NCBI GenBank assembly: GCA_043824255.1
Contig: JBDRTG010000004.1
Location: 1-34,568 of the forward strand
DNA: 34,568 bases
Reading direction: 5' to 3'
From: a bacterium
GTDB lineage: Bacteria > JAHJDO01
Positions 1-7,285 of this stretch are shown piece after piece (the first letter of the stretch is position 1; each line of letters begins with the position of its first letter). Position numbers and translations under genes: made by a program. The notes beneath the pieces are model-generated. The model saw only the letters and a list, made by a program, of their open reading frames with translations, searched no databases and was not told the origin of the DNA.

Positions 1-31
1 TGCCAAAGGCTAATAGTTTAGGAGGATAATT

Positions 32-1264
32 TTGGAAATGAATATAAAAGGAAAAGAAACAGAAGGACTTGTTCTGGAATTTGACGTGGCAAGAATGTTT
101 CTTGCAGAAGAAGAAGAAGAAGAAGAAGAAGAAGCCAGTATTGTCGTATCACTTAAAGATGTTACCGAGCGCAAGAAAGCAGAGAAGGTATTGCAGGAGA
201 ACAAAGAATTTAATAGAGCCCTGTTTGAGTACAATCCTATTGAGACTATAATCGTGGATTTGGAAGGGAAAATAATAGACTTCAACCTTGCAAAAAAGGT
301 CTCAGGTGATAGATTGCCTAATATTGGAGATGTAATGTATAGTAATTATGCAGCTCATCATGAGATTGATATGCATGCTGAATTGATGAAATGCATCAAA
401 GCAGGGAATGGGAGAGAGTTTCATGAGCAAAAATACAAGAACAGGTTTCTATCTATAACAATAGCTCCCTTTCCTAAAGGAGCTATTATAACATCTCTAG
501 ACATCACCGGGCACAAGGAGTGGACAGAAAAAGAGAAAAAAAGAGCTATAGAGTCGCAAAAGGCTTATGAACAACTGCAAGCCAGTAAGGACGAGTTGAT
601 TCGCTCCGAGAGACTCGCCTTTACCGGCCGCATAGCCGCAAATATTGCGCATGAGATAAGAAATCCCCTGACCAATGTAGCTATGGCAGTCCAGCAGCTT
701 AGGAAAGCCATTAAGACAGAAGACCCCATGTCTAAAAATATGGACATCATTAAAAGAAACACAGAAAGGATTAACTACTTAATTACTGAACTCCTAAACT
801 GTGCCCGCCCGCCAAAACTTAATATACAGCCATGTAATATTCATAAGGTATTAGAAGATATTTTAGAGTCCAACAAGACTAAGATTACTTCAAAAAGGAT
901 AAAGATAATTAAAAGGTTTACCTCTGACACATTCATAATAAAGATTGATAAAGAACAAATGCAGCGTGCCTTCTTAAACATAATCATTAATGCTATTGAA
1001 GCGATGCCCAAGAGAGGCAAATTGACCATTATTACAGAGTTTAAAGGAAACCTTTTTGAGGTGAAGATTCAAGATACAGGTAAAGGCATTCCTGAAGAAG
1101 ATATTATCAGGATATTTGACCCTTTCTTTAGCTCCAAGTCCGGGGGTGTAGGCTTAGGGTTAACTATATGTTATGGGATTATTGTCAGCCATGGCGGTAC
1201 TATAGAGGTAGAAAGCAAGCCGAAAGAAGGGTCTATCTTTATGGTCTCTTTGCCAGTAAGCTAG
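32..1264 (+). CDS. Cytoplasmic PAS/PAC sensor histidine kinase (NtrB-like HisKA + HATPase_c)
   Basis: H-box IAHEIRNPL, N-box NIIINAIEAM, G1 DTGKG, F-box FDPFF, G2 GVGLGL; PAC-type ends DVTERK and DITGHK; no transmembrane stretch; SD AGGAGG at 20-25 and in-frame stops at 11-16, so the gene starts in this window (TTG 32 or ATG 38). Confidence 0.92.
   Translation: MEMNIKGKETEGLVLEFDVARMFLAEEEEEEEEEASIVVSLKDVTERKKAEKVLQENKEFNRALFEYNPIETIIVDLEGKIIDFNLAKKVSGDRLPNIGDVMYSNYAAHHEIDMHAELMKCIKAGNGREFHEQKYKNRFLSITIAPFPKGAIITSLDITGHKEWTEKEKKRAIESQKAYEQLQASKDELIRSERLAFTGRIAANIAHEIRNPLTNVAMAVQQLRKAIKTEDPMSKNMDIIKRNTERINYLITELLNCARPPKLNIQPCNIHKVLEDILESNKTKITSKRIKIIKRFTSDTFIIKIDKEQMQRAFLNIIINAIEAMPKRGKLTIITEFKGNLFEVKIQDTGKGIPEEDIIRIFDPFFSSKSGGVGLGLTICYGIIVSHGGTIEVESKPKEGSIFMVSLPVS
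107..133 (+). repeat. (GAA)9 trinucleotide microsatellite encoding a poly-Glu tract in the kinase
   Basis: Nine perfect GAA units read directly from the sequence; protein AEEEEEEEEEA. Confidence 0.95.
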
Positions 1265-1303
1265 AACAGATCGTATACGGAATACGAACGACGGAGTGTA
1301 ATA

Positions 1304-1903
1304 GTGGAAATAAAATATGATATTAGAAGAGGCGCAGATATATATCGGGCAATTTATGGAGCTCGATTACAGAAATGGATTCTTGCAGGTAAGATAAAGC
1401 GAGGAGAAGTAATTGTCTGGCGAAGCGGTCTTTCAGGCTGGCGCAAACCTGAAGAACTTGAGGAACTGGCGGTATTTTTTAAACAGTGGGAAAAAGAACA
1501 ATTAAGAGAAAAAAAGAGGTTAGAAGAGCAAATCTTCCCGAAGAAGAAGATAAAGAATATTTTAATAATAGACGATGAGAAGGATTTATGTTCGCTTCTG
1601 TCTGATGCCTTAATCCAGAGAAACTACAATGTATCGATTGCAAACACAAAAAGAGAAGCTATGGCTTGTCTTAAAAAGGAATCACCCGATTTAGTTCTGT
1701 TAGACCTAAAACTACCTGATGGTGATGGAATAAAAATCCTTCCTAAAATCAAAAGAGTAAATCCAGAGACAGTAGTAATTGTAATTTCTGCCTATGGAAG
1801 CGAAGAAGCCAGACAAATGGCAAAAAAGGGAGGAGCTTTTACCTTTATAAACAAGCCATTTACTGAAGAAGATATATTGAAGGCTATAAAAGTACTCTCA
1901 TAA
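1304..1903 (+). CDS. Response regulator: N-terminal GYF_2 (DUF4339)-like domain plus C-terminal receiver domain
   Basis: Receiver motifs ILIIDDE, LLDLKLPDGDG, ISAY, NKPF; N-terminal LQKWILAGKIKRGEVIVWRSGLSGWRKPEELEEL resembles the GYF_2 pattern (G.I...TLVWR.G...W.P..E..EL). Confidence 0.85.
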   Translation: MEIKYDIRRGADIYRAIYGARLQKWILAGKIKRGEVIVWRSGLSGWRKPEELEELAVFFKQWEKEQLREKKRLEEQIFPKKKIKNILIIDDEKDLCSLLSDALIQRNYNVSIANTKREAMACLKKESPDLVLLDLKLPDGDGIKILPKIKRVNPETVVIVISAYGSEEARQMAKKGGAFTFINKPFTEEDILKAIKVLS

Positions 1904-1904
1904 G

Positions 1905-1955
1905 AAATGTAAAAATAAAAAATAAAAATGCAAAACGACAAATCAAAATTTAAAA
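1905..1955. repeat. Left arm of an imperfect inverted repeat (heptamer-periodic, A-rich) flanking the four-helix-bundle gene
   Basis: Ungapped match to the reverse complement of 2300-2350, 37/51 by manual count; overlaps the start of the 1928 gene. Confidence 0.7.
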
Positions 1956-2299
1956 AGGAATTCAAAAGAAGATTATATAACTTCGCCCTGAAACTTATAG
2001 AATTCATAGATAAATTACCAAAAGACAATGTTTCAAGAAGAATCGGAGATCAATTGTTGCGAAGTGGGACAAGCATTTTGGGGAATTATATTGAGGGGCA
2101 GTCAGCCAGCAGTAAAAAAGATTTTACTAACTATTTTAATATTTCGTTGAAATCTACAAATGAGAGCAAATTGTGGGTTTCACTGCTTCGGGATACTAAG
2201 CGTGTTAGTCCTGAGGAAGTTACTTGGTTTTTGCAGGAGTTGAAGGAAATTGGCAATATTTTTGGCACGAGCATTTTAACTCTTAAAAACAGGAAATGA
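1928..2299 (+). CDS. Four-helix-bundle protein (23S rRNA intervening-sequence protein / bAvd-like family)
   Basis: 123 aa with family motifs QLLRSGTSILGNYIEG, SKKDF..Y..ISLKS.NES..W..LL. Confidence 0.9.
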   Translation: MQNDKSKFKKEFKRRLYNFALKLIEFIDKLPKDNVSRRIGDQLLRSGTSILGNYIEGQSASSKKDFTNYFNISLKSTNESKLWVSLLRDTKRVSPEEVTWFLQELKEIGNIFGTSILTLKNRK

Positions 2300-2350
2300 T
2301 TTTGGATTTTAATATGTAATTTTGATATTTGATTTTTAATATTTAATTTT
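2300..2350. repeat. Right arm of the inverted repeat flanking the four-helix-bundle gene
   Basis: T-rich TTTTGATATTTGATTTTTAATATTTAATTTT with 7-nt period; reverse complement aligns to 1905-1955. Confidence 0.7.
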
Positions 2351-2372
2351 ACTTAAATGGGGTTCTAACGAA

Positions 2373-3752
2373 GTGGAAACAATCCTAATAGTAGATGATG
2401 AGAAGGATTTACGTTTTAACCTTTCCAATATTTTGAAGGACGAAGGTTACAACGCAATCGCTGTGGGAGACGGAAGGAAAGCACTTAATGCAGTTAAGAA
2501 AAATTCTCCCAATTTAGTCCTGCTGGATATGAAGCTTCCTGAAATGGATGGGATGCAGATTTTAGAGAAGATGAAGCTGATTGATGAGGATTTGGTTATT
2601 ATAATGCTTACTGCTTATGGAAATCTAAATGGAGCGGTAAAAGCAATGAAATTAGGGGCATTTGACTATCTTGCCAAGCCTTTTGATAATGAAGAATTAA
2701 TTCTTGTAATAAAAAGGGCTCTTCGGACCCAGTATTTAACCAAGGAAGTAGAAACTCTAAAAAAACGGTTTGGTGAAAAAGTTACAGCAGAAGAGCTGAT
2801 GGGAGAAAGCCCTCAAATAAAGCAAGTCTTAAAGCAGATTAAGATAATCGCTCCGACCAATATGACTGTAATACTTCAAGGCGAAAGTGGGACAGGCAAA
2901 GAATTAATTGCCCAGATGATTCATCAAGAAAGCCCGCGAAAAAATAACCCTTTTATTGCTATAGACTGCGGCGCAATTCCCGATACATTGGCTGAGAGTG
3001 AACTCTTTGGTCATGAAAAAGGCGCCTTTACAGGAGCTGATGCTCAAAAAGAAGGCAGGTTCGAAGAGGCTAATGGAGGAACTCTGTTTCTGGATGAGAT
3101 TACAAATCTCTCTTCTACTACGCAGAGAAAACTTCTCAGAGTGATACAGGAAAGAAGGCTTCAGCATATAGGCGGCAAGAGAAGTATAAAAGTTGACGTC
3201 AGAATAATCGTGGCTACGAACATTAATCTCTCAGGTGCGGTAAGGCGTGGTAAATTTAGAGAGGACCTCTTCCATAGGTTAAATGAATTTCATATTTCGC
3301 TTCCCCCGCTTAGGGAAAGAAAAGATGACATCCCTCATTTAGCCATGCGTTTTTTGGAGGGAGGAAATCAAGAATTAAATAAAAAAATAGAAGGGTTTTC
3401 TTCTGATGTAATGAAATTGCTTCTGGATTACCCCTGGCCGGGCAATGTTAGAGAATTAAAGAATGTAATCAGAAAAGCAGTACTTCTATGTGATTCCAAT
3501 CATATCAAACCGGGACACTTTCCATTAGATAATATTGCTTCCACTAAAAAGCCCGAATTTCAGCAGGATTTGGATAAAGGAGTCTCCCTCAAAGAGATAA
3601 CTAAAAAAGCGACAAAACAGATAGAAAAGGAAGCCATTGAGCAAGCACTGGCAAAAGCCGGTGGCAATAAAACTAAAACCGCCAAAATCCTCAAAATAGA
3701 CCGCATGACCCTCTATTCTAAGATGAAAGAATACCAAATACGGCACGTGTAA
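2373..3752 (+). CDS. NtrC-family sigma54-dependent response regulator (REC - AAA+ - Fis HTH)
   Basis: Receiver ILIVDDE/LLDMKLP; Walker A GESGTGKE; GAFTGA loop; Walker B LFLDEI; WPGNVRELKN; C-terminal GGNKTKTAKILKIDRMTLYSKM. Confidence 0.96.
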   Translation: METILIVDDEKDLRFNLSNILKDEGYNAIAVGDGRKALNAVKKNSPNLVLLDMKLPEMDGMQILEKMKLIDEDLVIIMLTAYGNLNGAVKAMKLGAFDYLAKPFDNEELILVIKRALRTQYLTKEVETLKKRFGEKVTAEELMGESPQIKQVLKQIKIIAPTNMTVILQGESGTGKELIAQMIHQESPRKNNPFIAIDCGAIPDTLAESELFGHEKGAFTGADAQKEGRFEEANGGTLFLDEITNLSSTTQRKLLRVIQERRLQHIGGKRSIKVDVRIIVATNINLSGAVRRGKFREDLFHRLNEFHISLPPLRERKDDIPHLAMRFLEGGNQELNKKIEGFSSDVMKLLLDYPWPGNVRELKNVIRKAVLLCDSNHIKPGHFPLDNIASTKKPEFQQDLDKGVSLKEITKKATKQIEKEAIEQALAKAGGNKTKTAKILKIDRMTLYSKMKEYQIRHV

Positions 3753-3755
3753 CGC

Positions 3756-3839
3756 TGTAGAACAAACTCTACACTTCCCAAACGAACGCTGAAAGCTGTT
3801 GTAAGATAAATTCTACACAGACGTAGAAACAACTCTACA
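3756..3839. promoter_or_regulatory. Three 18-bp palindromes TGTAGA-N6-TCTACA; probable upstream activator sequences for the adjacent NtrC-family activator
   Basis: 3756-3773 TGTAGAACAAACTCTACA; 3800-3817 TGTAAGATAAATTCTACA; 3822-3839 CGTAGAAACAACTCTACA; starts 44 and 22 bp apart; about 105-190 bp upstream of the -24 box. Confidence 0.82.
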
Positions 3840-3943
3840 CTTTTGCATTTAAATTTTCTCCATTTTTAAGCTCCTCAGAATTCTTTCAAAAGATATTTTT
3901 AAAAAAGAGGATACGCAGGTCGGAAAATTTTTTAGTAGATAAA

Positions 3944-3960
3944 TTGGCACGGAAGTTGCT
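3944..3960 (+). promoter_or_regulatory. sigma54 (-24/-12) promoter of the gvpA operon
   Basis: TTGGCACGGAAGTTGCT matches the consensus YTGGCACG-N4-TTGCW; GG 3946-3947 and GC 3958-3959 are separated by exactly 10 nt. Confidence 0.92.
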
Positions 3961-3975
3961 TCTATACTTAAGTAA

Positions 3976-4008
3976 CAGAAAACAGAGCGCAGGTTTTTCT
4001 GCTTTCTG
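3976..4008 (+). other. Hairpin in the gvpA 5' UTR
   Basis: CAGAAA-A-CAGA ... TCTG-C-TTTCTG arms, just after the expected sigma54 start site (~3971). Confidence 0.5.
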
Positions 4009-4035
4009 AATTTTAAACGAGGGGAGGTGGAAAAA

Positions 4036-4242
4036 ATGGCAGTAGAAAAAGCAATCGGTTCATCTAGTTTGGTGGAAGTTATTGACAGAATCCTTGATAA
4101 GGGTGTTGTGGTTGATGCATGGGTTAGAGTTTCTTTGGTCGGTATTGAAATACTGGCTGTTGAAGCAAGAGTCGTAGTCGCATCAGTCGAGACATACCTG
4201 AAGTATGCTGAAGCAATTGGTCTAACCGCAACAGCAGCTTAA
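4036..4242 (+). CDS. gvpA: Gas vesicle major structural protein GvpA (68 aa)
   Basis: [63 protein letters not shown] is the GvpA signature; SD GGAGGTG at 4023-4029 favours ATG 4036 over GTG 4027. Confidence 0.98.
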   Translation: MAVEKAIGSSSLVEVIDRILDKGVVVDAWVRVSLVGIEILAVEARVVVASVETYLKYAEAIGLTATAA

Positions 4243-4252
4243 GGATAGTTAA

Positions 4253-4335
4253 GAGAAAGGATTCTTGCCGAGCCACCCTTATGAACACAGTCTGTGCTCA
4301 GAAAAGCATGGCTCGCCAAGAGATTCCTTCTTCTC
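4253..4335 (+). terminator. Large stem-loop after gvpA (partial terminator or mRNA-stabilising structure)
   Basis: Arms GAGAAAGGATTCTTG-C-CGAGCCA (4253-4275) and TGGCTCG-C-CAAGAGATTCCTTCTTCTC (4309-4335), inner hairpin at 4282-4300; no classical U-tract. Confidence 0.6.
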
Positions 4336-4357
4336 CCTAAGGTAAAAGAAAGAGGAA

Positions 4358-5077
4358 ATGAAGATGGCAGAAGCGCTAGATTTAAAGGATGTAGTTGAGG
4401 ATGTTGTTTCTTCCTATGAGAAGAGAATCCAGAGCATTGGTTCTGTTTTTGATGTTGATACTGCTCGTCTAATTTTTGGCGACTCTCAAGGGTCTCTCAT
4501 TCACACCAGAGAGGAAAGAGGGAAAATTAATACTCAGCTTCGGGATACCCTTGCCAGAAAAGAGCATCTCAGGAAAAAAGACTTTGACAATATGATGCAG
4601 AGCACCTTATCAGTTCAGGATCAACGGGAAAAAGAAGTAAGAGGTTCGTTAAATACTTATCTTAATGAACAAAAAGAGATGGCTCAGGTTTTAAGGGAAA
4701 ACTTAGAGAAGTTTAGAAATTCTCTTGCCATAGGTGAGGTCGGAAGAGTCAAGGAATTCCAAACAATAATTAAAGAGGTCCTTTCAAAGCAGGAAAAGAG
4801 AAAAGAAGAGATTACTTCTAAACTAAAGGATTTTCAGAAAGAACAACAGGAAATGGCAAAAAGACTCAAGGAACTTCTAGCAAAGGGAAGGGAGCTTAGG
4901 ATAAAGGATTTCAAATCAATGCTTAAGGAATTCAATGTTCAAAGAGATGAACGATTGGTGCTTCAAAAGAGCAGGAAACAAGAAGTGACCAAAATGCTCA
5001 GTGGCTTTAGAGAAGAAAGACAAAGAGCAGTAAAAGAGGACACAAGTAAGAAACGGAAAATTAAAAAGGAGGAATAA
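4358..5077 (+). CDS. Charged alpha-helical/coiled-coil protein, weakly GvpC-like
   Basis: Lies between gvpA and the GvpC-like gene; recurring units EVRGSLNTYLNEQKEMA / EITSKLKDFQKEQQEMA / EVTKMLSGFREERQRA. Confidence 0.6.
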   Translation: MKMAEALDLKDVVEDVVSSYEKRIQSIGSVFDVDTARLIFGDSQGSLIHTREERGKINTQLRDTLARKEHLRKKDFDNMMQSTLSVQDQREKEVRGSLNTYLNEQKEMAQVLRENLEKFRNSLAIGEVGRVKEFQTIIKEVLSKQEKRKEEITSKLKDFQKEQQEMAKRLKELLAKGRELRIKDFKSMLKEFNVQRDERLVLQKSRKQEVTKMLSGFREERQRAVKEDTSKKRKIKKEE

Positions 5078-5079
5078 AG

Positions 5080-5982
5080 ATGGGAATAGCAGAGAGTATG
5101 AGAAGTATGGTAGATGATATCGTTGTATCTCATGATTCACGGTCAAAGGCAATTGGCAGTATAGTGTCTGATACACAAGACATTCTGGGTAATGCCAGAA
5201 AAGCTGTGAAAGACTTTGCTGCCGATAGAAAAAAGATGAGTGCAGAACAGGCCAGGAACCTGGCTGATTTTGCAAAGGATTTGTCAAAGAGCACAGGAGA
5301 TATGCTTAACATATTCCATACTAATCGTAAACAGATGAGTGCGGAACAGGCAAAGAGCTTAGCAGATTTTGTTAAGGGTATATCAAAGAACGTAGAAAAA
5401 CTGCGACAGAATGCAAAAGATATGATTAAGGGGTTCCATAAAGACCGTAAACAGACGGGTGCAGAACAAGCAAGGAACTTAGCAGATTTTGCTGGCAGTC
5501 TGGCCAGGGATGTAGATTCGATGTTGATTGGTTTTGGGAAGGACCGCAGCAAGATGTCAAAGGAACTCAAGGACAAACTTGGCAAAGCAATAAAAGATAT
5601 TAAAGTATCTGTTGCTGAGACAATCAAAGGTGCCAGAAAACTCGTAGACGAATATAGCTCTGATATGGCAAAGGCAAAAGATGCATGGGAGAGCATGTCT
5701 TCCACTTCGGCTAAGGCTAAAAAAAGTGGTGTTGCGCCCAAGATTGAAGTCAAAGAAAAGGTAGCTACAGTTAAAGAAGCAGCGAAAGCAAAACCAAAAG
5801 CTAAGCCTAAAACTGTAGAAGGTCAGATATTAGCGTTGCTCGAGGAGCATCCGCGGGGAAGAACCATGGTCCAGATGGGAGAGGAGATGGGTGTCCACTT
5901 TGCCAGCCTCCTTCATCCAATGAAAAAACTGCTTGAAAGCGGTAAAGTCAATAAAATTGATAAAAAGTACCGTTTAGTCTAA
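5080..5982 (+). CDS. gvpC: GvpC-like repeat protein with a Lys/Pro linker and C-terminal winged helix-turn-helix
   Basis: Repeats F..DRK.MSAEQARNLADF with periods 33, 40, 33 aa; DNA repeats start at 5235, 5334, 5454; linker AKAKPKAKPK; tail QILALLEEHPRGRTMVQMGEEMGV...MKKLLESGKVNK. Confidence 0.75.
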   Translation: MGIAESMRSMVDDIVVSHDSRSKAIGSIVSDTQDILGNARKAVKDFAADRKKMSAEQARNLADFAKDLSKSTGDMLNIFHTNRKQMSAEQAKSLADFVKGISKNVEKLRQNAKDMIKGFHKDRKQTGAEQARNLADFAGSLARDVDSMLIGFGKDRSKMSKELKDKLGKAIKDIKVSVAETIKGARKLVDEYSSDMAKAKDAWESMSSTSAKAKKSGVAPKIEVKEKVATVKEAAKAKPKAKPKTVEGQILALLEEHPRGRTMVQMGEEMGVHFASLLHPMKKLLESGKVNKIDKKYRLV

Positions 5983-5994
5983 GAGATCGTAACA

Positions 5995-6318
5995 GTGGCG
6001 AAATTAATAACTTGTGCTTTCTGTAAAGGGACAGGAAAAGATCCTTTTCGCCTGCTTTCCAAGCTAGCCGACTGCCAGGTGTGCAGTGGCACAGGAAAGA
6101 TTAAGGTTGATGAACCTATAGTTGAATGTGCTTTTTGTAAAGGGAGCGGTGTTCATCCTCATAGTAGAGTTACTTGTTCTGCTTGTAAAGGGAGAGGTAG
6201 CGCTACACATAAAGGGACTAAAGAAAAATGTCCCAATTGTGGCGGAGCAGGATATAAAATAGATGGAAATCTTCCATGTAGTATTTGTGGAGGTAAGGGA
6301 GTCATTAAGAAAAATTAA
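5995..6318 (+). CDS. Stand-alone DnaJ-type cysteine-rich zinc-finger protein
   Basis: Six CxxCxGxG motifs: CAFCKGTG, CQVCSGTG, CAFCKGSG, CSACKGRG, CPNCGGAG, CSICGGKG. Confidence 0.88.
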   Translation: MAKLITCAFCKGTGKDPFRLLSKLADCQVCSGTGKIKVDEPIVECAFCKGSGVHPHSRVTCSACKGRGSATHKGTKEKCPNCGGAGYKIDGNLPCSICGGKGVIKKN

Positions 6319-6339
6319 AAAAGAGAAAGGTAAAGTAAA

Positions 6340-7254
6340 ATGATTGATGAGATGACTACAGTAATTGAACCAAATCCTTTGCCGGATTTTGTGGAAACAA
6401 AGTATATAAAGGATATTACTGGCAGAGCCCTTTCCTATATTAAGGCCGGCTTTCCAGTTCATTTTCGAGGACCTTCAGGTACAGGAAAAACTACTCTTGC
6501 TATGCATGTGGCCAGTAAACTAGGCAGACCGGTAGTGATGATTCACGGGGATGAGGAGTTTACAACCTCTGATTTAGTTGGTGGAGAACATGGCTACAGA
6601 TTTAAAAAGGTTGTAGACCGCTTTATCTCAACTGTTTTAAAGACAGAAGAAGATATGGTAAAGCGCTGGGTGGATAACCGTCTAACAGTTGCCTGCAAAT
6701 ACGGGTTTAGTTTAATATATGATGAGTTTACGCGTTCCAGGCCAGAAGCGAATAATGTTCTTCTTTCCATTTTGCAGGAGAAAATGATGGATTTGCCAAT
6801 TGGAAGAGGAGGGGAAGAACCGTATTTAAAGGTTGATCCCGATTTTACCGCTATTTTCACCTCAAACCCTGAGGAATACGCAGGAGTTCACAGGAGTCAG
6901 GATGCGCTCAGGGACAGAATGATAACCATGGATTTAGACCACTTTGATTACGATACAGAAATAGGTATTACCAGAGCAAAATCCAAACTCTCTAAAAAAG
7001 ATTCCATGAGAATAGTTGATATTGTAAGAGGCTTGAGAGAATCTGGAAAGTGTGAATTTGCGCCTACTGTTCGTGGCTGTATCATGATTGCCAAAACTCT
7101 TAAGGTTCTAAAAATTTCTTCTTCTAATACAAATGGCCATTTTAGCCAGATGTGTCAGGACATACTTGCTTCTGAGACGAGCAGAGTCGGCTCGAAGACG
7201 AATCAGGACAGGGTAAAGGAGATAGTTAAGGGGTTAATTAAGAAATATAGTTAG
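6340..7254 (+). CDS. gvpN: Gas vesicle AAA+ ATPase GvpN
   Basis: PVHFRGPSGTGKTTLAMH, WVDNRLTVAC, LIYDEFTRSRPEANNVLLSIL, FTSNPEEYAGVH..QDALRDRM. Confidence 0.96.
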   Translation: MIDEMTTVIEPNPLPDFVETKYIKDITGRALSYIKAGFPVHFRGPSGTGKTTLAMHVASKLGRPVVMIHGDEEFTTSDLVGGEHGYRFKKVVDRFISTVLKTEEDMVKRWVDNRLTVACKYGFSLIYDEFTRSRPEANNVLLSILQEKMMDLPIGRGGEEPYLKVDPDFTAIFTSNPEEYAGVHRSQDALRDRMITMDLDHFDYDTEIGITRAKSKLSKKDSMRIVDIVRGLRESGKCEFAPTVRGCIMIAKTLKVLKISSSNTNGHFSQMCQDILASETSRVGSKTNQDRVKEIVKGLIKKYS

Positions 7255-7285
7255 ATTTCTGAATAAGAGAGGAGGTGTATTAATA

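Noticed and set aside
2263..2278. TGGCACG inside the four-helix-bundle gene as a sigma54 promoter for the activator
   Set aside because: No GC at the -12 position (reads TTTA)
1928..2299. Diversity-generating retroelement (Avd-like gene)
   Set aside because: No reverse transcriptase and no template/variable repeat pair seen in the window
3741..3756. Second sigma54-like site CGGCACGTGTAACGCT overlapping the activator stop codon
   Set aside because: It has GG-N10-GC spacing but lacks the TTGC -12 element and lies upstream of the enhancer palindromes; the 3944-3960 site is a full consensus
3756..3839. Repeated 18-mers as a mini CRISPR array
   Set aside because: Repeats are too short, spacers are 26 and 4 bp, and no cas genes are present; they fit activator binding sites
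5130..5753. 207-aa minus-strand ORF and similar antisense ORFs (e.g. 10356-10988, 16423-16860, 20923-21375)
   Set aside because: Shadow frames lying opposite well-supported genes, with no motifs of their own
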